Source: Bdellovibrionota bacterium
GTDB taxonomy: Bacteria; Bdellovibrionota_G; JALEGL01; DATDPG01
Length of the DNA stretch: 64,000 nucleotides
Assembly (NCBI GenBank): GCA_963668355.1
Contig: OY764265.1
Coordinates: 480,001 to 544,000 of the forward strand
Direction: 5' to 3'
The notes beneath the pieces are model-generated. The model saw only the letters and a list, made by a program, of their open reading frames with translations, made no database searches and was not told the DNA's origin. Below are positions 50,658 through 59,767 of the stretch, in pieces. The stretch's first letter is position 1, and each line of letters starts with the position of its first letter. The position numbers and the translations under genes were made by a program.

Positions 50658-51107
50658 TTATTGCGCTTCGGCAACAACTTCAACAGAGATTTTGGCCTCT
50701 AAATCCCCATCCAATTTGATGGGAATTTCGTATTGCCCCAACTTCTTGATTGGATCAGCCAACTCAATGCTTCGACGGTTGATCTTGATATCTTTCTCGA
50801 TCAACGCTTTTTCGATATCCATGGTGGTCACCGAACCAAAAAGTTTTTCGCTCTCCCCAGCTTTCTTGGAGATCGTAAACTTCTCACGACCCAGAGCATC
50901 CCGAATGTCTTCAGAAGTTTTTCTAGCCTTCTTCATGCGATGTTCCATCAGCATTTGTTGGTGAGCCACCTCTTTTAAGTTTCGCGCGCTTGCGGCCATA
51001 GCCTTCTTGCGTGGGAACAAAAAGTTTCGAGCATATCCGGATCGAACGGAAACGATTTCTCCAACTCGACCCAAATTATCCATCGTTTCTAAGAGTACGA
51101 CTTTCAT
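50658..51107 (-). CDS. rplI: 50S ribosomal protein bL9
   Basis: MKVVLLE..LG..G..V.V..GYARNFL, KLFGSVT. ATG 51107 overlaps the upstream stop (ATGA). Confidence 0.97.
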   Translation of the reverse strand: MKVVLLETMDNLGRVGEIVSVRSGYARNFLFPRKKAMAASARNLKEVAHQQMLMEHRMKKARKTSEDIRDALGREKFTISKKAGESEKLFGSVTTMDIEKALIEKDIKINRRSIELADPIKKLGQYEIPIKLDGDLEAKISVEVVAEAQ

Positions 51108-51721
51108 GCTGTTTCCTCCCCTCGGGGAATCCAATTGTCTGTGTAAGGCAACAAAGCAATCTGACGAGCCCGCTTTAAAGCGGTGGCCAGTCGACGTTGA
51201 TAGAAAGCATTGCAACCCGAGCCTCGACGAGGAGCAATTTTACCCGCTTCGCTCAAGTAGCGAACCAAGGTTCCGGATTCTCGATAAAGAAAACTCAAGG
51301 TTGGATCCTCGATGCGAATGCCTCGGCGTCGATGGAAAGGTCCGTCAGATCCTTGATGATCGTCTCGGCCATAGCTTTCGTCGGAATCATCTTTGGATTC
51401 TTTTTTTAGATCTTCCTTTTTGGGGTTCACTTTCTTGTCCGAAACCACGACAGACATCCAGCGAAGAACGTTTTCTTCGTACCGGGCAATCCGTTCGATT
51501 TCGGCAGGAGCTTCGGATTCTTGGGTGTAGGACCAGAACATGTACCGACCTTTTTTCTCGTGCTTGATCGGATAGGCCAAACGTCGAAGACCCCAGTCTT
51601 CTTGTTTGGTGATGTTTCCAGGTTTTTTCCCGATGACCTTTTCAATTTTCTTGGTGAGTTTCCCAATATAATCGTCCGGCACATCGGCTTTCACAACCAG
51701 AACTGTTTCATAGTTCTTCAT
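51104..51721 (-). CDS. rpsF-rpsR: Fused 30S ribosomal proteins bS6-bS18 (single ORF, 205 aa)
   Basis: aa 1-95 are S6 (YETVLV, WGLRRLAYPI, G.Y, E.VLR); aa ~128-195 are S18 (LSEAGKIAPRR, QRRLATALKRARQIALLPY); no stop in between. Confidence 0.93.
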   Translation of the reverse strand: MKNYETVLVVKADVPDDYIGKLTKKIEKVIGKKPGNITKQEDWGLRRLAYPIKHEKKGRYMFWSYTQESEAPAEIERIARYEENVLRWMSVVVSDKKVNPKKEDLKKESKDDSDESYGRDDHQGSDGPFHRRRGIRIEDPTLSFLYRESGTLVRYLSEAGKIAPRRGSGCNAFYQRRLATALKRARQIALLPYTDNWIPRGEETA

Positions 51722-51724
51722 ATG

Positions 51725-51768
51725 ACCTCCTCTTGGGTTTGCCCTGAAACACGTCCAGAGCGAGGGTT
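51725..51768 (-). promoter_or_regulatory. S6:S18-type ribosomal leader RNA (autogenous control)
   Basis: Minus strand AACCCUC-GCUCUGGA(CGUGU)UUCAGGGC-AAACCCAA-GAGGAGGU: 8-bp hairpin, CCR bulge, outer stem pairing with the SD. Confidence 0.7.
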
Positions 51769-51791
51769 ATTGAAATAATGTGGTGGAGCTT

Positions 51792-52406
51792 CTAGCAGGA
51801 TTCGGTTCCGGAATCAAGCTCATTGGAAGAAGGGGGCTTCTCTTCCGGCTTCCTGTTCACCTGATTCATGGCCTGCACCATTCCCTCTCTCAAAAGAAGC
51901 TCCAGGGCATCTGCCCCTTTTTCAGCCCATTTTTGAAGCGAATCCTCTGGAATCGGCCTCAACACATGCTCGGACAAATCTTCATCCAGGCTCTTCCCCA
52001 CCCCCATGCGAAGACGGGGAAAATCACGCGTGGCCCATCGTTCAAAAATGGACTTCAGGCCTTTGTGGCCGCCAGCTCCTCCGCCTTGCTTAAAACGAAG
52101 AACTCCTGGGTCCAAATCGGCTTCATCATGAATTACGAGAACTTCGTCGGCTTCGGCCTTCATGGCTTTGGCCAACGGAGCCACGGAATTTCCGCTTAAA
52201 TTCATGAACGTGCCGGGTTTGGCCAACCATAGAGGCTCGTGGTCCCACTCCATTTGGAAAATTTTGGCTCGGAAATCTCGAACGATTTTAACGGACTTCT
52301 TGGGTTGACGACGGACAAACGTATCCACCACCCAAAACCCGATATTATGAAGCGTATTACGGTACTCCCCCCCGGGGTTTCCCAGTCCAACAATCAACTT
52401 GATCAT
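51792..52406 (-). CDS. pth: Peptidyl-tRNA hydrolase
   Basis: LIVGLGNPG, HNIGF, KPGTFMNLSG, HDEAD, GGHKG; SD GGAGGG before ATG 52406. Confidence 0.96.
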   Translation of the reverse strand: MIKLIVGLGNPGGEYRNTLHNIGFWVVDTFVRRQPKKSVKIVRDFRAKIFQMEWDHEPLWLAKPGTFMNLSGNSVAPLAKAMKAEADEVLVIHDEADLDPGVLRFKQGGGAGGHKGLKSIFERWATRDFPRLRMGVGKSLDEDLSEHVLRPIPEDSLQKWAEKGADALELLLREGMVQAMNQVNRKPEEKPPSSNELDSGTESC

Positions 52407-52442
52407 GCCACCCTCCAACTAACCATGGAGGTCACCAGAAGG

Positions 52443-53135
52443 CTACTTATCTTCAGAAGCGCCTTCTTTTTTCTCTTCGCCACCTTCAGCAGGAGCTGCG
52501 CCTTCAGCAGGAGCGGCACCTTCCGCAGCCGCTTCGAGTTCACCCTCAGCCGTAGCCGGTTTTTCTTCTTCGGCTGCTGGAGCCACAACGGCAGCAATCG
52601 TAAAGTTGGAACTTCCGGTATATTCCACGCCTTCGGGCAATTTGATGTCATTGACATGCAACGAAGAGCCCAGGTCCAACTCACTAACATCAATTTCCAC
52701 TTTTTCGGGAATACTGTTCGGCAAACAGCGAACTTCCATCACCCTTCGGCTTTGCTCCAAGATTCCACCCTCGGCAACGCCTTTTGCTTTTCCGATAAGG
52801 CTAATCGGAACGTTGACTTTGATGGCTTCATCCATGCGAATTTCAATTAAGTCTGCATGCATGTAATACCCTTTAACGGGATGCACTTGAGAGGCCTTCA
52901 CAACGGCCATTTTTCCATCCACATCTTTTAAATCCGATGCTCTCAGCGTCAGCAGGACATTATCCCCGTGTTTTCTCATCTTCGTGAACTCACGTGTCCC
53001 TACCGTTAACGCCACAGGCTCTTTCATATGGGGGCCATAAAAAACCACGGGCATTCTTTCGTCCGTGCGAATTTTACGGGCATTCCCTTTACCGAAATCA
53101 TTTCTAAGCTGTACTTGTAGTTCTACTTTTTCCAT
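52443..53135 (-). CDS. rplY: 50S ribosomal protein bL25/Ctc (long form)
   Basis: GKGNARKIR, PVVFYG, QVHPV, HAD, GV.EGG; AEGAAP low-complexity tail. Confidence 0.96.
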   Translation of the reverse strand: MEKVELQVQLRNDFGKGNARKIRTDERMPVVFYGPHMKEPVALTVGTREFTKMRKHGDNVLLTLRASDLKDVDGKMAVVKASQVHPVKGYYMHADLIEIRMDEAIKVNVPISLIGKAKGVAEGGILEQSRRVMEVRCLPNSIPEKVEIDVSELDLGSSLHVNDIKLPEGVEYTGSSNFTIAAVVAPAAEEEKPATAEGELEAAAEGAAPAEGAAPAEGGEEKKEGASEDK

Positions 53136-53140
53136 TTAAA

Positions 53141-54088
53141 TTACTCCCTAACAAACAAAGAGCTCACGGAATCCTCACCGTGAATCCGGCGAATCGACTC
53201 GCCCAGAAGCCCAGCAACGGAAAACACCGTACATTTGCCCTTTTTCACTTTCTCCTCATCCAGAGGAATCGTGTCCGTCACGCCAATCCCAGAAATCTCC
53301 GAATTGGAAATACGATCAAGCGCTGGCCCCGATAACACAGGATGCGTCGCAAGGCCATAAACTTTTGTCGCTCCCCGCTCTAAAAGTTCAGGAACGGCTT
53401 GGGTAAGAGTTCCGGCCGTATCGATCAAGTCATCCACAATGATGGCCACCTTACCGCGAACATCCCCAATAACATTCATGACTTGCGAGACATTCGCCTT
53501 CTCACGACGTTTGTCGATGATGGCCAGTGAGGCATGAAACAGTTTGGCAAAAGCTCGGGCCCTTTCTACGCCTCCCGCATCCGGGGAAACGATGACCATC
53601 TCCTCGTCATTGGAGAATGTATCGGCGTATTTCATAAGCACCGGCGTTGCATACAGGTGATCAAAAGGAATGTTGAAAAACCCCTGAATTTGCCCCGCAT
53701 GCAGGTCCACAGAGAGAACCCGGTCGGCTCCAGCCGCTTCCAACAATTCCGCCACCAATTTGGCCGTAATGGGGGTTCGAGGAGCCACTTTCCGATCCTG
53801 TCGAGCATACCCATAATAGGGCATGACCGCCGTGATCCTTCTCGCAGATGCTCTTCGAACCGCGTCAATCATCACCAACAGCTCAATCATATGATTGTTG
53901 GCCGGTTGGCAGGTCGATTGAATCAGATATACATCTCGACCTCGAACGTTCTCTTTAATTTCCACGCTGGTCTCGCCATCACTGAACGTTTTGACATCCG
54001 CCTCGCCCAGAGGCAGACCCAAATATGCACAGATTTTTTTGGCTAATACCGGATTGGAATTACCCGCAAAGAGTTTCAGTTCACTCAT
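53141..54088 (-). CDS. prs: Ribose-phosphate pyrophosphokinase
   Basis: [43 protein letters not shown]. Confidence 0.98.
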   Translation of the reverse strand: MSELKLFAGNSNPVLAKKICAYLGLPLGEADVKTFSDGETSVEIKENVRGRDVYLIQSTCQPANNHMIELLVMIDAVRRASARRITAVMPYYGYARQDRKVAPRTPITAKLVAELLEAAGADRVLSVDLHAGQIQGFFNIPFDHLYATPVLMKYADTFSNDEEMVIVSPDAGGVERARAFAKLFHASLAIIDKRREKANVSQVMNVIGDVRGKVAIIVDDLIDTAGTLTQAVPELLERGATKVYGLATHPVLSGPALDRISNSEISGIGVTDTIPLDEEKVKKGKCTVFSVAGLLGESIRRIHGEDSVSSLFVRE

Positions 54089-54106
54089 CCCCGATCCCTT
54101 GGTTGG

Positions 54107-54181
54107 TGGCTGGGGCGGGAGGATTCGAACCTCCGAATGACGGCGTCAAAGACCGTTGACTTACCATTTGTCGACGCCCCA
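54107..54181 (-). tRNA. tRNA-Gln(TTG)
   Basis: TGGGGCG acceptor stem, anticodon arm ACGGT-CTTTGAC-GCCGT, GGTTCGAATCC, encoded CCA; usual ispE-tRNA-Gln-prs context. Confidence 0.96.
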
Positions 54182-54206
54182 ATGCCAAAAGTTACCGTTC
54201 AACGAC

Positions 54207-55070
54207 TCACGCTATCGTCGTCGTGAAGATGGCGTGACCCAACTCACGAACGTTCTCGCAGACCCTTTCTGCCAAAGCTCGGTCATCAAAAAGACCGAAC
54301 ACCGTCGCTCCACTTCCACTCATTTGAGCAGATTGAGCACCCTCCTCCAGCAGTCGTTGTCGAGCCTTCGCAATCTCAGGAAACATTTCTTCCACGACAA
54401 TTTGAAGATCGTTTCCCTTTCCAGTTCCTATTAACCGGTCGAGATCACTCCAGTTTTCAGGTCGCTGGAGAGCGGCGACGCAATTATCATTTACCCCCTC
54501 GTTAGTCAATCTCCGATCGTAGGCCGCGTAGGCTTCGGGCGTAGAAACCGGAAAACCAGGATTCAGCAAAACCACATTCCGGCGGGGCAGGTTTGGAAGA
54601 GGAAAAAGCTCCTCCCCAATGCCCTTGGCCAAGGCCAAAGGCGCGTCTTGCAGGAGAAAGGGAATATCTGCTCCCAGCCGCGTGGCCAATTCCTTGAGCC
54701 GAGACTCAGACATTCCAGGGAATTCTGCGTGAAGCAATTTGAACACGACCGCTGCATCGGAACTCCCTCCACCCAAGCCTCCTCCCAGAGGGATCTTTTT
54801 ATCAATGACGATGTGAATTTTCTTTTCGAGACCCAGCTCGTCACAAAACATCTTGGCCGCTCGACACGCCAGATTGTCTGAAGAATTTAATTCGGGACGA
54901 GCCGGAACCTCGGCTGTGATTTTCCAACCTTTGGAAATCTCCAATTGAACCCGATCCGCCAAATCCAATTTGAGCATGATCGTTTCCAAATCATGGTAGC
55001 CGTTGGGCCGAACCCCCGTAATCCGCAATGAAAGATTGATTTTGGCGTGTGCCTTTCCTTCTAATTTCAC
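54207..55070 (-). CDS. ispE: 4-diphosphocytidyl-2-C-methyl-D-erythritol kinase
   Basis: AKINLSL, GYHDLET, KKIPLGGGLGGGSSDAA, LGADIP, MSGSG. Confidence 0.97.
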   Translation of the reverse strand: MKLEGKAHAKINLSLRITGVRPNGYHDLETIMLKLDLADRVQLEISKGWKITAEVPARPELNSSDNLACRAAKMFCDELGLEKKIHIVIDKKIPLGGGLGGGSSDAAVVFKLLHAEFPGMSESRLKELATRLGADIPFLLQDAPLALAKGIGEELFPLPNLPRRNVVLLNPGFPVSTPEAYAAYDRRLTNEGVNDNCVAALQRPENWSDLDRLIGTGKGNDLQIVVEEMFPEIAKARQRLLEEGAQSAQMSGSGATVFGLFDDRALAERVCENVRELGHAIFTTTIA

Positions 55071-55142
55071 CGCTTCCAGCTACCAAAGCCCCCTTGAAAG
55101 CTCAAGCTCTGATTGCCTCGACCCAATAAATAGAGTAATCAA

Positions 55143-55895
55143 ATGGCCATGTCTGGTCATTCCAAATGGAGCACAATTAAACGGAAAAAAGGCGCCGCAG
55201 ATGCCAAGCGGGGCAAAATCTTTACGAAGCTCATCCGAGAAATTGCCGTAGCAGCAAAAATGGGCGGAGGAGATCCTTCTTCCAATCCTAGGTTAAGAAC
55301 GGCCGTTGCTGCCGCCAAAGCGCAGAACATGCCCAAGGACAATGTGGAGCGGGCCATCAAAAAAGGAACGGGAGAGCTCGAGGGTGTCACGTATGAAGAG
55401 GTAACCTACGAGGCCTATGGTCCAGGAGGGGTCGCCATGCTTGTGGACTGCATGACAGACAACAAACAACGAACCGTATCGGAAGTTCGTCACATCGTGA
55501 CCAAACACAATGGAAACCTCGGAGAAGTCGGATCGGTGGCCTGGAATTTTGACTTAAAAGGGTACTTGGTCATCGAAAAAGAGCAGGTCAGCGAAGAAGA
55601 CTTGATGGAGTGGGCACTTGAGGCCGGAGCCGAAGACATCAAAGATACGGGGTCCGCGTTTGAAGTCTTCACCGCTCCCGGGGAATTCGACAATGTTCGA
55701 GGCGCGTTGGAGGACAAGGGCCTGAATTTTGGTTTGGCTCAAATTTCGAAACTGGCAAAAAATACCGTCCAGTTAGAAGGCAAAGAAGCCGAACAAATGA
55801 TAAAGTTGGTGGAGGCCTTGGAAGACCTTGATGATGTCCAGAATGTCTACTCCAACTCAGATATCTCCGAAGAAGTACTTGAAAAGCTCGCATAA
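55143..55895 (+). CDS. yebC: YebC/PmpR family protein
   Basis: [41 protein letters not shown]. Start 55143 or 55149. Confidence 0.96.
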   Translation: MAMSGHSKWSTIKRKKGAADAKRGKIFTKLIREIAVAAKMGGGDPSSNPRLRTAVAAAKAQNMPKDNVERAIKKGTGELEGVTYEEVTYEAYGPGGVAMLVDCMTDNKQRTVSEVRHIVTKHNGNLGEVGSVAWNFDLKGYLVIEKEQVSEEDLMEWALEAGAEDIKDTGSAFEVFTAPGEFDNVRGALEDKGLNFGLAQISKLAKNTVQLEGKEAEQMIKLVEALEDLDDVQNVYSNSDISEEVLEKLA

Positions 55896-56430
55896 TACGA
55901 CCCGACGAATTCTGGGCATTGATCCCGGAAGTCGAATCACTGGTTTTGGTGTCATCACCCAAAAAGGAAACGAGCTGGTCCATCTCCACAGTGGATGCAT
56001 TCGCCTGAAAGAAAAGGCCCCACTCGACCAACGATTGTTTCAACTTCATGAGGAATTGAACCTCATCATCGAGTCCACACAGCCAGACATCATGGCCTTG
56101 GAAAGTATTTTCTATGCCAAAAATGTTCGTTCCACCGTGGCTCTCGCTCATGCACGAGGCGTAATCATGTTGGCTGCGGCTCAAGCAGGATTGGAGGTGG
56201 TTCAATACGCTCCGACCGACGTCAAGCAATCTGTGGTGGGTTCGGGACGAGCCACCAAGGAACAAGTCATGACCATGATTTGTCATCTGTTTCGAATCCC
56301 CTTGGATGTCAAAAATCAACCCTATGACGTGAGCGATGCGCTCGCCGTTGCACTCACCCATTTAAACGTTGAATCGACACAACGAAGAATCACTCAATCC
56401 ATTTCTCCAGAACAGGTGGCAGAAGCATGA
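55879..56430 (+). CDS. ruvC: Holliday junction resolvase RuvC
   Basis: [43 protein letters not shown] 55879 is the probable start. Confidence 0.95.
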   Translation: MKSSHNTTRRILGIDPGSRITGFGVITQKGNELVHLHSGCIRLKEKAPLDQRLFQLHEELNLIIESTQPDIMALESIFYAKNVRSTVALAHARGVIMLAAAQAGLEVVQYAPTDVKQSVVGSGRATKEQVMTMICHLFRIPLDVKNQPYDVSDALAVALTHLNVESTQRRITQSISPEQVAEA

Positions 56431-57020
56431 TTGGCTGGCTTTCCGGAACACTTCTTTTTAAAGCTTCCGACACGATCATGATCGATGTTAAAGGCGTCGG
56501 TTATGAGGTGCATACACCTGCCTCCCTCGAAAATTCTTTGGGAAGTGTGGGTTCATCTGTGGAATTGTTCATTCACACGCATGTACGCGAAAACGAAATC
56601 TCGCTGTTTGGATTTCCAACCCTAGAGGATCGGCAAGTTTTCCTTCACTTGACAGCGGTCTCGGGGATCGGGCCCAAAACGGCTTTGGGCGTTCTTTCAG
56701 CACTTCCATCGGGAAGACTGGTTCAAGCTATTCGTCAAAAAGATGTCGCGGCTCTCCAACAAGCTCCCGGAGTTGGAAAACGAACGGCAGAACGCATGGT
56801 CATCGAGCTGGGAGATCGTCTCAAAGAATTTTCTTCTTCGAACGCGGCCGAATTTTCATCCATTCCCGAAGGATCTCAAGGTGAAGAGCTCCTCTCTGCC
56901 CTCGTCAACCTTGGGTACAAGAAACCTTTGGCTGAATCGGCAGTCACACGAATCGATCTTTCGAAATTCGACACCTTTGATAGCATGCTGAAAGAAGCCT
57001 TGAGGTCATTGGCAAAATAA
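56427..57020 (+). CDS. ruvA: Holliday junction DNA-binding protein RuvA
   Basis: [41 protein letters not shown]. Confidence 0.97.
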   Translation: MIGWLSGTLLFKASDTIMIDVKGVGYEVHTPASLENSLGSVGSSVELFIHTHVRENEISLFGFPTLEDRQVFLHLTAVSGIGPKTALGVLSALPSGRLVQAIRQKDVAALQQAPGVGKRTAERMVIELGDRLKEFSSSNAAEFSSIPEGSQGEELLSALVNLGYKKPLAESAVTRIDLSKFDTFDSMLKEALRSLAK

Positions 57021-57022
57021 TC

Positions 57023-58048
57023 ATGAATAAAGATGTTCAAAGAGAAATGTCCCCCGCTCCTCTGGAAACAGATAAAACTCCGGAGGTTGGCCTCCGACCC
57101 AGACAGTTGGCGGACTATATTGGACAAAAAAATGTCATCGAGAAATTGAAGATTTTTTTGGAAGCTTCCTCCCAACGACGAGAAGCCATGGACCATCTTC
57201 TCTTTTGTGGCCCTCCCGGCCTGGGAAAAACCACCCTCGCACATATCATTGCGGGAGAGTTGGGAGTCACGTTGAAATCTACCTCCGGACCCGTCATTGA
57301 TAAGGCCGGAGATTTAGCCGCCATCTTGACCAATCTGGAACCCCGGGATGTTCTCTTCATTGATGAAATTCATCGATTGAATCGTGTTGTGGAGGAAATC
57401 CTTTATCAAGCCATGGAAGATTTCAAACTCGACATCATGATTGGACAAGGCCCCGGAGCCCGCACCGTGAAAATTGATTTGGCCCCCTTCACACTGATTG
57501 GTGCCACCACGCGAACAGGACTGCTGACTTCTCCGCTCAGAGATCGATTTGGCGTCGTGGAGCGTCTTGAGTTTTACGAAACCCACGAACTCGTCCAAAT
57601 TGTCAAACGCTCCTCAAGCATTTTGAAGATCCCCCTTGAAACACAAGCCGCTCAGGAAATCGCTCGGCGATCACGTGGAACGCCTCGGATTGCGAACCGC
57701 CTACTTAAACGCGTAAGAGACTATGCTCAGGTCAAAGCGGAAGGCCACATCAATCTGAAAGCCGCACAAGAAGGTTTAAGCATCATGCAAGTCGACAACG
57801 AAGGATTCGACTCCATGGATCGAAAGATTCTGACCACCATTATTGAAAAGTACGATGGCGGCCCCGTGGGATTGGATACCATTGCTTCTTCCATCGGTGA
57901 AGATGCCCACACGCTCGAAGAAGTCTATGAACCCTTCCTTCTCCAACGAGGATTCATCAACCGAACCCCGAGAGGTCGCGTGACCACGAGGTTGGCTTAT
58001 CAACACCTGAACCTCATGCCCAAAGCCTCCCAAGACGCCTTGATCTGA
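57023..58048 (+). CDS. ruvB: Holliday junction branch migration helicase RuvB
   Basis: [39 protein letters not shown]. Confidence 0.98.
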   Translation: MNKDVQREMSPAPLETDKTPEVGLRPRQLADYIGQKNVIEKLKIFLEASSQRREAMDHLLFCGPPGLGKTTLAHIIAGELGVTLKSTSGPVIDKAGDLAAILTNLEPRDVLFIDEIHRLNRVVEEILYQAMEDFKLDIMIGQGPGARTVKIDLAPFTLIGATTRTGLLTSPLRDRFGVVERLEFYETHELVQIVKRSSSILKIPLETQAAQEIARRSRGTPRIANRLLKRVRDYAQVKAEGHINLKAAQEGLSIMQVDNEGFDSMDRKILTTIIEKYDGGPVGLDTIASSIGEDAHTLEEVYEPFLLQRGFINRTPRGRVTTRLAYQHLNLMPKASQDALI

Positions 58049-58058
58049 GTTTTAAAAA

Positions 58059-58724
58059 CTAAGCTTTTTGATGTCTTGGCAGAAAAAATGAAACAAGAAG
58101 AAAGCCGGCGATGAAGCCTCCGATATGCGCCCACCAAGCCACCTGCCCTCCCATGCTTGAATACAGAAGTTGCATGAGAAACCAGAGCCCCAAAAAGAGC
58201 GCTGCAGGAATTCGAACGGTGGTGATGAAAATAAAAATCGGAATCAACGTCAATATGCGGTGACGGGGAAACAATAAAAAATAAGCTCCCAAAACGCCCG
58301 CAATAGCTCCACTAGCTCCTACGAGAGGAATCGTCGATGAAGGATCCATAATGGTGTGGGCCAAAACGGCGGCCACTCCGGTGGCCAGATAAAAGAGGAT
58401 AAAACGGAAATGACCCAACCGAATTTCCACATTGTCCCCAAAAATCCACAAGAACCACATATTGAAAATGAGATGAAAAAAACCGCCATGCATGAACATG
58501 GACGAAAACACACTCATAAACGGAAGGCCCACTCTGCCGGGTAAAATCGTTTCCACTCGGCCCACCAGCTCCGCCGGAATGAGTCCGTAGGCCAATACAT
58601 AATGGTCAAAATTTTCGGGGCCCATAAATGCCTGGTAAATAAACACAAACACATTCGCGAGAATAATGAGAAGAACAACGTATGCGAACCCCGTGTAGGG
58701 ATTTTCATCTCTTAAAGGAATCAT
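58059..58724 (-). CDS. Rhomboid family intramembrane serine protease
   Basis: MIPLRDENP, HGG..H..FNM, GASG (catalytic Ser), AHIGG (catalytic His). Confidence 0.95.
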   Translation of the reverse strand: MIPLRDENPYTGFAYVVLLIILANVFVFIYQAFMGPENFDHYVLAYGLIPAELVGRVETILPGRVGLPFMSVFSSMFMHGGFFHLIFNMWFLWIFGDNVEIRLGHFRFILFYLATGVAAVLAHTIMDPSSTIPLVGASGAIAGVLGAYFLLFPRHRILTLIPIFIFITTVRIPAALFLGLWFLMQLLYSSMGGQVAWWAHIGGFIAGFLLVSFFLPRHQKA

Positions 58725-59767
58725 TTTTCAATCGAAGAGGTTGAGAAAATGTGAATGCGGCGGTTCATTTCCCGACTTCGCTCATTGATGTTGGGAAGTT
58801 TGGGCTTACTACCACCGAAACCAACGGCATTGATTCGATTTTTGGAAACACCCAATTTAACCAGGTACCGTCCCAAAATTTCAGCTCTTCGTTTTGACAA
58901 AGCCAAATCTTTTCCGATGTCTTGGCTGGCATCTAAATGAGACCCAATCGTGATTCTACGTGGTGCCCTCTTATCGCGAAGCACCCTACCCAATTTTCTT
59001 AATTTAGGAATGGCCTCCTTGGACAAACGAGTGGAACGTCCTTCAAAAATGGAAGCGTCCCAAAGCAAACCTTCACGACGGTTGAGATTTCGCAACATCC
59101 GTATTTCATCCGAACCCAAGGGTTCCGAAAGATCCGTTTTGGGGGAAGGCGTAGGAGCCTTCTTGGCCACCTCAGGAGTTTTTACTTTTCCGGGAGGCGT
59201 CCAACAGCCACGATGTCCTACGTAATGTCGATCTCCTGAGTCAGCCAACAACACCTGAACCATTTCAGCCGCTCGATCGCTCACAATGCCAATATAGGCG
59301 TCAAGGGAGACCTCTTCCTTCGAACCGTAACTCCATCGAATGGCACCCGATTTCACATCCAGCAGATACGCATCGATGTTCATATGAGCCCGTTTTTCTT
59401 CTCCACGATAAACGGGAATTTGTGTAATGGATCCGAAAAGCACCGCATCCACATTCAATTTATTTCCAACTTCCTTAGCCCAATAGGGATCCACAACGGG
59501 AGGGAGGGGTTCATTGGCTTGTTTAAACAATTCAATCAATTCCAAAGGACCTAAAACACCGTGAGCCCCTTGTTTATATAAATCCAAAGCCACAAACTCA
59601 GAGAGCATCTCCCGAGGAGAATCCATGTCGTAACGGATTTCGAATGGCATCACCGCAATGCATTCAACTTGGCGTGGCAAAGAACCAATGGAAAATCGAG
59701 AGCCTGCGCACGAAGTCAGAGCCAGACAAACAAAAACAGCCACTATCCGAAAAGCGTTTTGGAGCAT
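58721..59767 (-). CDS. Lipoprotein with CsgG/TolB-N-like domain and C-terminal OmpA-like domain
   Basis: Lipobox LTSC; IAVMPF...VDAVLFGSIT...LLDVKSGAIRW; SHLD..LSKRRA..GFG..NRRI. Confidence 0.8.
   Translation of the reverse strand: MLQNAFRIVAVFVCLALTSCAGSRFSIGSLPRQVECIAVMPFEIRYDMDSPREMLSEFVALDLYKQGAHGVLGPLELIELFKQANEPLPPVVDPYWAKEVGNKLNVDAVLFGSITQIPVYRGEEKRAHMNIDAYLLDVKSGAIRWSYGSKEEVSLDAYIGIVSDRAAEMVQVLLADSGDRHYVGHRGCWTPPGKVKTPEVAKKAPTPSPKTDLSEPLGSDEIRMLRNLNRREGLLWDASIFEGRSTRLSKEAIPKLRKLGRVLRDKRAPRRITIGSHLDASQDIGKDLALSKRRAEILGRYLVKLGVSKNRINAVGFGGSKPKLPNINERSREMNRRIHIFSTSSIEK

Noticed and set aside
51108..51215. N-terminal extension of rplI in the ORF track
   Set aside because: It overlaps the S18 domain; L9 starts at ATG 51107 with SD GGAGG and ATGA coupling.
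51295..51372. Out-of-frame ATG in the S6-S18 linker as the real rpsR start
   Set aside because: That frame gives a 25-aa peptide (MAETIIKDLTDL...) with no S18 similarity.
52482..52530. 18-bp tandem repeats in rplY
   Set aside because: They encode the ordinary AEGAAP low-complexity tail of long bL25 proteins.
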